NCBI RefSeq assembly: GCF_009914755.1 | Contig: NC_060930.1 | DNA from: the human T2T-CHM13v2.0 reference genome, Homo sapiens | Length of the DNA: 64,000 nucleotides | Direction: 5' to 3' (one strand) | In this document: positions 13,901 through 30,899 of the stretch, piece by piece | How positions within the stretch are numbered: the first letter of the stretch is position 1 | Layout of the letters: the number at the start of each line of letters is the position of its first letter | The notes under the pieces: generated by a model | Databases searched by the model: none | What the model was told of the DNA's origin: nothing | Seen by the model: the letters and a program-made list of their open reading frames with translations, nothing else | Position numbers and translations under genes: made by a program

Positions 13901-16425
13901 ATTGAGGTCTTGATTTGATTCTTAGCTTGGTCTTTTTTGGTGTATAGCAGATCTACTGACTTGTGTACCTTGAGATTGTATCCTGAGACTTTACTGAATT
14001 CATTTATCTCATCTAGGAGTTTTTAAACGATTCTTTAGGGTTTTCTAGGTATACAATCATATTATCCATCAACGGCAACAGCTTGTCTTCTCCTTTTTCA
14101 CTTTGGATGCCATTTATTTCTTTCTCTTATCTGATGTCTGTGGCCAGGACGTCCAGTATTATCTTGAATAGAAGCAGTAAAAGTGAGCATCCTTGTCTTG
14201 TTCCAATTCTCAGGGGGATGCTTTCCCACTTTTCCTTATTCAATATGATGTTGGCAGTGGGTTTGTCATATACTGTTTTTAATACTTTGAGGTATGTCCC
14301 TACTATGCCTATTTTGTTGAGGGTTTTAATCATAAAAGAATGTTGGATTTTATCAAATGCTTCTTCTGCATCTATTGAGATGCTTATATGATTTTTGTTT
14401 TTAATTCTGCTTGTGTGATGTATAACATTTATTGATATGGTAAATCATACCTGCATCACTGGTATGAAACCCAGTTGATCAGGATGTATTATGTTTTTGA
14501 TATGCTCTCAGATTCAGCTAGAGTATTGTGTAGAGAATTTTCGCATATGTGTTCATCAGGGATATTGATCTGTAGGGTTTTATTTTCTTGTTATGTGCTT
14601 TTCTGGTTTTGGTAATAGGATGATACCAGTTTCATAGAATTACTTAGGAGGATTCCCTCTTTCTGTATCTTTTGGAATAGTTTCAGTACAATTGGTACCA
14701 ATTCTTTTTTGAATGTCTGATAAAATTCAGCTGTGAATCCATCTTGTCTTAAAATATTTTTGTTGTCAATTTCTTAATTACTGATTCAATCTTGCTACTT
14801 GTTATTTGTCTGTTCAGGGTTTACATTTCTTCCTAATTTAATCTACGAAGGTTGTATATTTCCAAGATTTTATCTGTCTCCCCAGAATTTTCTATTTTGT
14901 GCATGTAAAGGTGTTCAATGTAGCTTCAAATGACCTTTTGTATTTCTGTAGTATTGGTTTTAATATTTCCAGTTTCATTTCTAATTGAACTTATTTGGAG
15001 CTCCTCTCTTTCTTTATTGGTTAAACTCACTAATGGTCTATCAATTTTGTTTATCTTTTAAGAACCAGCTTTTTGTTTCATTTGTCTTTAGTATTGTTTT
15101 TTGTTTGTTTCTATTTTATTTAATTCTGCTCTGATCTTTGTTATTTCTTTTCTTCTGCTGGGTTTGAGTTTACTTTGTTCCTGTGCCTAGTTCCTTGAGG
15201 TATAACATTAGGTTGTTTATTTGTGCTCTTTCCGACTTTTTGATGTAGGCATTTAATGCTATGAATTCTTAGCATTGCTTTTGCTGTATCCCAGAGGTTT
15301 TGATAACTTGTGACACTATTGTCATTCATTTCCGAGAATTTTAAAAATTTTATCTTGATTTCATTGTTAACCCAAAAGTCATTCGAGAGCAGATTATTTA
15401 ATTTCCATGTATTTGTATGGTTTTGAGTGTTCCTTTTAAAGTTGACTTCCAGTTTTATCCCACTATTGTCTGAAAAGATACTTGATATGATTTTGATTTT
15501 CTTAAATTTATTGAGACTTGTTTTGTGGCCTATCATATGTTCTATCATGGAAAAAAGTTCCATGTGCTCATGAGAAAAATGTATATTCTGCAACTGTTGA
15601 GAATAATGTCCCATAATTATCTTTTAAGTCCCTTTGTTCTAGGGTATAGTTTAAGTCCATTGTTTCTCTGTCGACTTTCTGTTTTGATTATCAGTATGGT
15701 GCCGTCAGTGGAGTACTGAAGTAGTCCACTATTATTGTGTTGTTATCTATCTTATTTCTTATGTCTAGTAGTAACTCTTATAAATTTGGGAGCTCTAGTG
15801 TTAGGTGCATATAAATTTAGGATTACAATATCTTCCTGTTGGACTAATTATTTTATCATTATATAATGTCCTTCTTTGTCTTTTTTACTTTTGTTGCTTT
15901 CAAGTCTGTTTTGTCTGATATAAGAATACCCCTGCTGGCTTTTAGTTTCTATTTGTGTGGAATATCTTTTCCACCTCTTTACCTTAAGTTTATGTGAGTT
16001 CTTATGTTAGGTGAGTCTCTTGAAGACAGCAGATATCTGGTTGGTATTAGTAGTATTTTATACATTCTACCATTCAGTATTTTTTAATTGGAGCATTTAG
16101 GCCATTTACATTTATCGTTAATATTGAGACATGAGTTACTGTTCTATTCATCATGTTAGTTGTTCCATAGATACTTTGTTTGCTCCTTGTGTTATTGTTT
16201 TATAGACCTTGTGAGAGTTATGTTTTAAGGATGTTCTGTTTTGGTGTATATCAAGCTTGTGTTTCAAAATTTAGAGTTCCCTTTACCATTTCTTGTAGTG
16301 CTAGTTTGATAGTGGCTAATTCTCTCAGTATTTGTTTGAAAAAGACTTTTTCTCTTCTTCATTTATGAAGCTTAGTTTTGCTAGATACAAAATTCTTGAC
16401 TGACAATTTTTTCTTTAAGAAATTA

Positions 16426-16786
<361 letters not shown>

Positions 16787-19700
16787 CTATTACTCTGATA
16801 GGTTTTCCTTTCCAGTTTACCTGTTGTTTTTGTCTTACAGCTCTTAAGATTCTTTCCTTCATCTTAACTTTAGATAGCCTAATAACTATGTGCCTTGGTG
16901 ACTATCTTTTTGCTGTGAATTTCCCAGAAGTTCTTTGAGCTTCTTATATTTGGGTGTCTAGATCTCTAGCAAGGACAAGGAAGCTTTTCTTCAATTATTC
17001 CCTCAAATAAGTTTTCCAAACTTTTTGTCTTCTCTTCCTCAGGAACACCAATTATTTTTAGGTTTGGCCATTTTATATAATCTCATATTTCTTAGAGAAT
17101 TTATTCATTTTTTAAATTTTTTTTGTCTTTGTCTGTTTGGATTAATTTGAAAGGACTGTCTTTGAGCTCTGAAGTTCTTTTTTCTACTTTTTATAGTCTA
17201 TTGTTGAAATTTTCTACTACATTTTCTATTTCCCTAAGTGCATCTTTCATTTCCAGAAGTTCTGACTGTTTTGTCTTTATTATATCTATTTTTCTGGAGA
17301 CTTTTTCATCCATATCCTGTATTTTTTTTTAGATTTCTTTAAGTTGGTTTTTACCTTTCTCTGTTATCTCCTTGAGTAGCTTAATAATGGACCTTCTGAA
17401 TTCTTTATCTGGCATTTCAGAGATTTCTCCTTGGTTTGGATCCATTGCTGGGGAGCTAGTGTGATCCTTTAGAGATGTTCTAGAACCCCGTTTTGTCATA
17501 TTACCAGAATTACTTTTCTAGTTCCCTCTCATTTGGATAACTATTTCTTCAAGTTGTACTTGAATTTATTTTTGATCAGACTGGTTTTTTATTATTTTAA
17601 TTTTCTTCTTAAGGATTGAATTTTAATGTTTATAACTTATTTTAGCCTAATTTGATTATTGATGCTTTTAGGTGTGAAGAATCTGTATGATTTCCTTAGT
17701 TATAGAGAGTGTTTGTGCACTGGCTTTCCCAGATGCTGGTTGTAGTAGTTATGTACTTTGTGTGTAGGCAAGTTCACTGTCTTCTATGGGGTTGGCATAG
17801 TTGAGATCACTTGAAGCTTATCTTGTTCTCTCATTGTGTACTATTCATTTTTTTCCACAGTATTTTTTTACTGAGTTGACAGTTCAGGCTTCAGGCCAAT
17901 AAGGAAGGTATCCCTGAAGAGGCACTAGTTGTAGCTAAGGCAGATGGGTAGATGTAATACCCAGTGGTGGTAAGAGGTCCCAGCCTTGATGAAGGTGGTG
18001 GGAGGAGCTCTCAGATGTGCCGAAGTTTTATCAGGGTGAAGAGTGGGAGCTACCTCGGCTCCCTGCCAGGCCAGCAGGAAAGCTATCCGACTCACAGCCT
18101 CACTCTTGTCAGTGTTCCAGCTATTCAGATGAGACAGGCACCTCTTTTATTCTGTAGGAATGTTGAGATTCCAAGTAGGGAGGAACTGTGACTCTGCCTC
18201 TCATGTGGGCCTGAATCTGGGGAGTGCTCCTCCTGTGGGGTTGCAATCACCCTGAACTCTTCCAGGAAGATTGTCCATAGGTGCATCCACACTGTGTTCC
18301 CATGGGAGAAGCTCCAGATGTGTCTGAAGTGGTGTGCCAGGAGGAATAAGAACCCCTTTTCTATAGTCCTTCATGATCACAGAGACTGCCTATCTGTTGG
18401 AGTAGAGGTATACTTTCTCTACCGCACCCAACACTGCAATTGTGTCTCTACTGTGAGAAACTTCCCACCAGCAGAAATATCTGAGACTCAAGACCTGCTG
18501 TTCAGATTATTTTTTCCCACAGAGTGATCCCTTTGAAAATTTTTTCCCACAGGATGATCCCTTGATGTGGTGCTCTGCCCCTTTCTCTAGGAATGGGGCT
18601 TCCTGAGAGCCAGACTGCAGTGATTACTATTGCTCCTCTGGGTCTAGCCACCCAGTGGGGTTAACAGGCTCTAGGCTGGTGCTGTGGAATGTCTGCAAAG
18701 GATCCAGTGATGTGACTTGTCTTCAGGTCTCTCAGCAGTGGATACCAGCACCTGCTCTGATGGAGGTGGCATAGGAGTGATGTAGACTGTGAAATTCCAT
18801 GGTTGTAGATAGGCTTAAAGTGCTAGTGTACTGGCTTTCTCCAATCCTGGTTATGCTAATAAGAGCAAACTTGTCACATGGACAGACTCAGTACCTCTGG
18901 TTAGCCAGGGTGTTTCAGGCAGTGGTGTTAGCAGCTGTTTTTTCTTTCCTGGGCACAGTGTTATTCTGCCAAAAGGTGCTGTAATGGCCTGAGTTGGTGA
19001 CCTCCAGTCAGGAGTTGGCAACTGCAAGAGATCACTTGTTGTGGTAGTAGCAGTGGGATTTGAGCTTGCCCTAAGTTGTCCATGGGAAGTATTCTGGTTT
19101 CTGAGGCAATGGGTGGGGCCATAAAACTCCCCAAATTTTAAGACATCCTTTGTGTTCAGCTACCAGGGTGGTTAAAGAAATACCATCAGGTTAGGGAAGA
19201 GTTAGGTGGGCTGAGTTCACGCTCTCCTTGGGCAGGGCCTGCTGTAGCCCCTGTTGGGGATGGGGGTGGTTCTCAGGCTACTGGGGGTAATATTCAATGG
19301 GGGAGTATAACTGCCTCTGCTATGCAGAAAAGTTTGCAAAAGAGTGGGGAATACCCAGCAGCATCAGGCGTCACCCAGCTCCCACCCAGTTAGCGAGGCC
19401 AGTCTCACTCCTGCAGTGCCCCACTCAGCCCCATATTTAGATCCAGGCAGCCTGTGCACAAAGCTCAGTCCTGCCCCAGCCCATAAGCTTCCCCATACAG
19501 ACAGCAAGCACGGCTTTCAGGTTATAACCCTCCCCATTTGCCCATGAGACCAGGCGTCCAGCTCCTGCGCTGGTTCATATCTGCAGCACACTTCCTGCTC
19601 ACCCCCGGATTCTGTTCAAGGGAGTTCACCCCCACTCAAAATTATATCACAAAATGTAATTTGGAGCCTCTTTCATCCTGCGACCCATCCATGAGTTTGT

Positions 19701-21818
19701 TGGCTGACTTCCCAGAGGTCCCCTGTGAGATATAGTCAAGAATGGAGAGGGAGAGGTTAGGAAAATGGTGGATAGGAGGCAGGACTAAATTGCAACTCCC
19801 CCTCAGACGGACAGAACAGCCTGTGAAGACTCACATTGTGAACTTTTGCTCCAAAAACTACCACAGGAACATGGCAGAAAAGCCAGCTGAGATAAACCAC
19901 AGACCCTTTAAAGAAGTGGATTACTACTGCAAGCCCCAGGAGACAACCTACAAACTATGAGTGCCCAAAGTGTGAAAGTGTGAAAGGGGGATCATCCACT
20001 CCTGAACACACATCCTCACTGGGGAACCTGAAGGTCCAGATCACTGAAGAAGGATTTGACCTTACCTGAAGCTGAGACAATTTTAGAGAGCCGAGTGAAA
20101 TACAGAGGTAGAGGAAGCAGTGGGAAGAGCCCTGTGGGTTCACAGTCTCCAGGAAAGCCATTTCTGACTTTGTCTTACAGAGGCCCTTGAGGAATGCTGC
20201 TAGAGGAACTGGGAAAAGACTACAGGCAGAAGGAAACTTCCAGCTGAACTTCGTAACAGTTTTGACCATACTCCAAGTTTTCTGGACAGAACTTGGGGGA
20301 GGGAATGAATCAGGAGTGCAGACACAGCACAGAAGCCTCCACAGGTGGGGAGGCAGGAAACCTGAAATCCCTGCTTGCTTTCATAGCTGGGAGGCTGGTC
20401 GCCTGGGGCAAGATCTCAGGCCTGCTCACCCGCTGCATGGAAACAGGCTCAGTGCTGTTGTGGGGAGCATGGTGAGAGTAAAACAGGCCTTTGGGGCTGT
20501 GTGAGGGCTGTGTGAAAGCTGTGTGAAACCTGTAACTGCTGGCTTTCCCCACATCCCTGGCAACCTGCATGACACAGGACAGGCAGCCATAATCCCCCTC
20601 AGAACATAATTCCATTGACTTGGGAACAACACCCCCATCTCCCATAGGAGCCGCAGCAAGCCCCACCCAAGGAGAGTCTGAGCTGGGACATGCCTAACCC
20701 AGCCCCCACCTGATGGTCTTTCTATACCAACCCTTTTAGCCCAAGAAAAAGGACATATTATCTTGGGAGATTTAGGGCCCTACCCACCACCTGATCATTC
20801 CTATGTTACCATAGCTGATGCTGTCTTGAAAGTGCCCGGTTCCAAGATGGCCAAATAGGAACTGCTCCAGTCTGCAGCTCCCAGCATGAAGGATGCAAAA
20901 GACCAGGTGATTTCTGCATTTCCAACTGAGGTACCGGGTTCATCTCACTGGGGCTTGCCAGACAAGTGGGTGCAGCCCATGGAGCAGGGTGGGGCATCGC
21001 CTCATCTAGGAAGTGCAAGGGGTCGGAGAATTCCCTTTCCTAGCAAGGGGAAGCCATGACAGACAGCACCTGAAAATCAGGACACTGCCACCCTAATACT
21101 GCACTTTTCCAACAGCCTTAGCAAAGGGCACACCAGGAGATTATATCGTGCACCTGGCTCGGAGGGTCCCACGCCCATGGAGCCTCACTCACTGCTAGCA
21201 CAGCAGTCTGAGATAGAACTGCAAGGTGGCAGCGAGGCTGGGGGAGGGGCATCTGCCATTGCTGAGGCTTGAGTAGGTAAATGAAGCAGCCAGGAAGCTC
21301 GAACTGGGTGGAGCCCACCTCAGCTCAAGGAGGCCTGCCTGCCTCTGTAGTCTCCACCTCTAGGGGCAGGGCATAGCTGAACAAAAGACAGCAGAAACTT
21401 CTGCAGACTTAAACGTCCCTGTCTGACAGCTTTGAAGAGAGAAGTGGTTCTCCCAGCACGGAGTCTGAGATCTGAGAACGGACAGACTGCCTCTTCAAGT
21501 GGGTCCCTGACTCCTAAGTAGCCGAACTGGGAGGCATCTCTGAGTAGGGGGGTGACTGACACCTCATAAGGCCGAGTGCCCCTCTGAGACGAAGCTTCCA
21601 GAGGAAGGATTAGGCAGAAACATTTGCTGTTCTGCAGCCTCTGCTGGTGATACCCAGGCAAACAGAGTCTGCAGCGGACATCCAGCAAACTCCAACAGAC
21701 CTACAGCTGAGGGTCCTGACTGTTAGAAGGAAAACTAACAAGCAGAAAGGACATCCACACCACAACCCCATCTGTACGTCACCATCATCAAAGACGAAAG
21801 GTAGATAAAACCACAAAG

Positions 21819-22491
21819 ATGGGGAGAAACCAGAGCAGAAAAGCTGAAAATTCTAAAAATCAGAATGCCACTTCTCCTCCAAAGGAATGCAGCTCCTTGC
21901 CAGCAAGAGGACAAAGCTGGATGGAGAATGACTTTGACGAGTTGAGAGAAGAAGGCTTCAGACGATCGGTAATAACAAACTTCTCCGAGCTAAAGAAGGA
22001 TGTTCGAACCCATCGCAAAGAAGTTAAAACTTCCCCAACCTAGTGAGGCAGGCCAACATTCAAATTCAGGAAATATGGAGAACACCATAAAGATACTCCT
22101 CGAGAAGAGCAACTCCAAGACACATAGTTGTCAGATTCACCAAAGTTGAAATGAAGGAAAAAATGTTAAGGGCAGCCAGAGAGAAAGGTCGGGTTACCCA
22201 CAAAGGGAAGCCCATCAGACTAACAGCAGATCTCTTGGCAGAAACTCTACAAGCCAGAAGAGAGTGGGGGCCAATATTCAACATTCTTAAAGGAAAGAAT
22301 TTTCAACCCAGAATTTCATATCCAGCCAAACTAAGCTTCATAAATGATGGAGAAATAAAATAATTTACAGACAAACAAATGCTGAGAGATTTTGTCACCA
22401 CCACCAGGCCTGCCTTACAAGACCTCCTGAAGGAAGCACTAAACATGGAAAGGAAAAACTGGTACCAGCCACTGCAAAAACATGCCAAATA
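21819..22491 (+). pseudogene. L1PA5 ORF1p, disrupted by a ~350-bp internal deletion
   Basis: MGRNQSRKAENSKNQ... N-terminus and MKEKMLRAAREKGRVTHKGKPIRLTADL C-terminal fragment in different frames. Confidence 0.88.
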
Positions 22492-22552
22492 AGACCACAG
22501 ATACTAAGAAATTGCATCAAGTAATAAGCAAAATTTACCAGCTAACATCATA

Positions 22553-26377
<3,825 letters not shown>

Positions 26378-29173
26378 ACAATAAGAACACATGGACACAG
26401 GGTGGGGAACATCACACACCAGGGCCTGTGGTGGGGTGGGGGGATGGGGGAGGGATTGCATTAGGAGATATACCTAATGTAAATGACGAGTTAATGGGTG
26501 CAGCACACCAACATGGCACATGTATACGTATGTAACAAACCTGCATGTTGTGCACATGTACCCTAGAACTTAAAGTAAAAAAAAAAGAAAAAGAAAAAGA
26601 AAAAGAAAGTGCCACCTCCTGGTAGGAGGCCAACCAGCACAAAACTAGTTCAATAAACAAAACTAAAAATAAGGGCCCTCACAGAGTCTATTTTACTCCC
26701 CTGCCACCTCCATCACAGCAGGTGCTGCTATCCATGGCTGAGAGACCTTAAGATAATTCACATCACAGGACTGTGTGCAGACAACCCCCAGTACCATCCT
26801 GGAACCCAGTAGCTCCTCTGGGTGACTAGACCCAGAAGAGAAATAACAATCACTGCAGTTTGGCTCGCATGAAGCCACATTCCTAGGAAAAGGGGAAAAG
26901 TACTACATCAAGGGAGCACCCTGTGGGACAAAAGAGTCTGAAGAGAAGCCTTTGAGCCCCAGATCTTCCCTCTGACATAGTCTACCCAAATGAGAAGGAA
27001 CCAGAAAAACAATTCTGGTAATATGAAAAAATAAGGTCCCTTAACACTCCCAAAAGATCACACCAGCTCACTAGCAATGGATCCAAACCAATAAGAAATC
27101 CCTGAATTGCCAGAAAAAGAATTTAGAAGGTAAATTATTCAGCTAATCAAGGAGGTACTAGAGAAAGATGAGATCCAACTTAATCAAATCAAAAAATGAT
27201 ACAAGATATGAAGGGAAAAATCTTCAGTGAAATAGATAACATAAATAAAAAACAATTACACCTTCTAGAAATAAAGGACACACTTAGAGAAATGCATAAT
27301 GTACTGGAAAGTATCAGTAATAGAATCAAGCAGGCAGAAGAAAGAATTTCAGAGCTCAAACACAAGGTTTGTGAATTAACCCAACTCAACAAAGACAAAG
27401 GAAAACGAATTTTTTAAAAAAATGAACAACGCCTCCAAGAAGTTAGGGATTATGAAATACACCAAAATAGAACCCCCTTAAAGCATAAATCTCACAAGAC
27501 CTATAGAACAAAAACATAATAAATTTTTTAAAAAAGGTATTCAAAGCTTAACCTAAGGGTAATTTGTGTTCCTGAGGAAGATGAGAAATCTAAAAGTTTG
27601 GAAAACATATTTGAGGGAATAATTGAGGAAAACCTCACCAGCCTTGTTAGATGCAAGAGATCTAGACATCCAAATACAAGAAGGTCAAAGAACACCTGGA
27701 AAATTCATTGCAAAATTATCATCACCTAGGCACATGTCATCAGGTTATCTAAAGTCAAGACGAAGGAAACAATCTTAAGAGCTGTGAAGTAAAAGCACCA
27801 GGTAACCTATAAAGGAAAACCTATCAGATTAACAGCAGATTTCTCAGGAGAAATCCTACAAACTAGAAGGGACTGGGGCCCTATCTTCAGCCTCCTTAAA
27901 CAAAACAACTATCAGTCAAGAATTTTGCATCCCAGAAAAACTAAGCTTCATAAATGAAGAAAAGATAGTCTGTTTCAGACAAATGCTGGGAGAATTTGCT
28001 ACTACCAAGTCAGCACTGCAAGAACTGCTAAAAGGAGCTTTAAATCTTGAAAAAAAATCCTTGAAATATACCAAAATAGAACCTCCTTAAAGCATAAATC
28101 TCACAAGACCTATAAAACAAAAACATAATAAATTTTTTTTAATTTTTTGAATTTTTTTTTTAAAAATCAGGCAACAAATGGCATCATGAATAGAATAGTA
28201 CCTCACATCTCAATACTAATGTTGAATGTAAATGGCCTAAATACTCCACTTGAAAGATACAGAATGGCAGAATGGATAAGAATTAACCAACCAACTATCT
28301 GCTGTCTTCAAGAGAGTCACCTAACACATAAGGACTCACATAATCTTAAGGTAAAGGGGTGGAAAAAGATATTTCATACAAATGGACACAAAAAGCAAGC
28401 AAGAGTAGCTATTCTTATATCAGACAAAACAAACATTAAAGCAACAGCAGCTAAAAATGACAAAGAGGGACATTATATAATTATACAAGGATTTGTCCAA
28501 CATAATCTTGAATATCACAATCCTAAATACATATACACTTAACACTGGAGCTCCTAAATTTATAACAGCAATGCAATAATAGTGGGGGATTTCAGTACTT
28601 CACTGACAGCACTAGACAGGTCTTCAAGACAGAAAGTCAACAACAACAACAAAAAATGGATATAAACTATATCCTAGAACAAATGGACTTAACAGATATT
28701 TACAGAACATTCTACCCAACAACTGCAGAATATACATTCTATTCATCAGCACATGGAACATTCTCCAAGATAAACGATATGATAGGCCACAAAAAAGTCT
28801 CAATAAATTTAATAAAATTGAAATTATATCAGATATTCCTCAGACCACAGTGGAATAAACTTTGAAATCAACTCATATGGAAGCAGCCTAAATGCTCATC
28901 AGCCAACGAATGGATAAAGAAATTGTGGTATATGTACCATGGAATACTATTCAGTCATAAAAAGGAGCAAAATAATGGCATTCACAGTGACCTGGATGGA
29001 ATTGGAGACCACTATTCTAAGTGAAGTAACCCAGCAATGGAAAATCAAACATTGTACTTTCTCGCTTATAAGTGGGAGCTAAGCTATGAAGATGCAAAGG
29101 CATAAGAATGATACAATGGACATTGGAGACTTAGGGGAAAGGGTAGGAGGAAGGTGAGGGATAAAGGACTACA

Positions 29174-29248
29174 GCTGTGACAAATGTTTGTTGCTTAAGC
29201 AACCCAGTTTATGGTATTTTATTATATCAGACTGAAATGACTAAGACA
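29174..29248 (+). mobile_element. MLT1 LTR 3'-terminal fragment
   Basis: 'tgttgcttaagcaacccagtttatggtattttattatatcag...gactaagaca' is an MLT1 LTR end. Confidence 0.75.
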
Positions 29249-29299
29249 ATCAGGGAATACAGCTTGTCCTACAAACCTTTCTATTTTAAATCCTTTTTG

Positions 29300-29618
29300 T
29301 GGTTGTTGGTTTTTTTTTTTGTTTATTTTTTAGAGACAGGGCATGGCCTCACATTGTTGCTCAGGCTGGAGTTCAGTGGCACAATCATGGCTCACTGCAG
29401 CTTTGATCTCCTGGGTTCAAGCAATTCTGCCACTTCAGCCTCCTGAGTAGCTGGGACTACAGGCAAGCACCACTGTGCCCAGCTAAGTTTTTTATTTATT
29501 TGTATAGATGTGGTTTTATGATGTTGTTCTGGCTGGTCTCAACCTCCTGGCCTCCAGTCATCCTCCTACCTTGGCCTCCCAAACTGTGGAATACAAGCAT
29601 GAATCACCATGCCTGGAC
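29300..29618 (-). mobile_element. AluJ (Jo/Jr-like), degenerate TSD TAAATC(C/A)TTTTTG
   Basis: 'atcatggctcactgcagc' J-type diagnostic; TSD 29287-29299 and 29621-29633. Confidence 0.85.
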
Positions 29619-29714
29619 TATAAATCATTTTTGATAGAAACATTGAGTATCTATCACCTTGAAGAAGCAAAGGCAGGACAAAGCAAACTTAATAGAAGCA
29701 TGAAAAAAATCTAA

Positions 29715-30755
29715 ATTTTCATCTACTATTTCTTCCAACACTGTTTCTGTCCCATTATCTTTGCTCTCCTCCAAGGACTCGAAGTACAGACATTTTAACT
29801 GTATGTCATATGTATCGTATGCTCTTTCCATCCTTTTTTCTCTCTTTGTTTCGGTCTGGATAGTTCTTTTGACTATTTTTCAGTTCACTAATTTTCTTTA
29901 TAACTGCATCTAATCTGCCATTAAAGCCATAAGTTAAATATTTAATTTTATTTATTTTAGTTTTAAATTTTCATTCAATTCTTGCTAAAATTTTTAGTCC
30001 TCTGGTTAAATATGTCAGCTTATAATTGAATGTCTTAAATATATTATCAGAGTAGTTTATAAATTTGTGTCTGTTATCTTTAATATCTGCATCTCATTGT
30101 GATATATTTAGGTTTTTTCCTTGGTTTTTAATCAGTCATTTTTACTTTTGTGTTTTACTGTTTATTATTGTGTCAACATTATATGTGGAAATATCTAGAA
30201 ATCATTTGAAGATGCAATTATTTTTTTTCTTCGTCCACAATGAACTTTGCCTTTACCAGGAATAAGTCCAGAAGTATATCGCCTCAAACTAATCACAGAT
30301 GGAAATGATTTTCAGGTGAGGTCAGGCTTTGTGAGATCTAGTCTCTGTTAATCTTTATGCTTATTTTCAAAGTATAAAGTTCTTCGGTGTTCCAACTGAA
30401 AGCCTAGTTTATTTACCAGAATACTTACTTGTTGCCCTAATTCCAATGTTTGGAATTTGCCAATAGTATGAGATGCCTAGAAGTTCTGTATAGCTTCTAA
30501 GCCTCTCAGTCACTCCTTCCAAACTGGCAAGTGCATTGAAGGAGAAAGGTAAGACTAATGTCTAACACACACCTCCCTGGTCTTTCTTTCTTTTCATATC
30601 ATAGCCTTGCAAGCGCTCACTAGCAAGATAGCTCTGCCAGTCCCTTTTGTCAGATACTTTGTTCATAATTTTCCAACTCCTTTAGTCATTTTACAACTGC
30701 TTCGATGTTCTTCAGTTGTCCGAATAAGCTAACTTACCATTTCTGGAAGCAGAAC
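29715..30755 (-). mobile_element. Ancient L1M/HAL1 ORF1-5' region fragment
   Basis: ORF 29625-29831 (...LYFESLEESKDNGTETVLEEIVDEN) resembles the L1 ORF1 RRM; 'cagttcactaattttc...catctaatctgccatt'. Confidence 0.5.
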
Positions 30756-30899
30756 TCTTTCAAATAGCTTATTGTTAAAAGATAATAAAGGAAAAAAATG
30801 TTTGGAACACAGAGTAGCAGAAAGTATTGTATGAGAAGGTTTAAGTATGTTAATTAGGGGACAAAAAGTTAGAAAAATCACCTACAAAAGAAAGAGAAG

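Noticed and set aside
26428-26456. G-quadruplex motif
   Set aside because: Standard L1PA 3'UTR G-tract, also present in the other L1PA copies.
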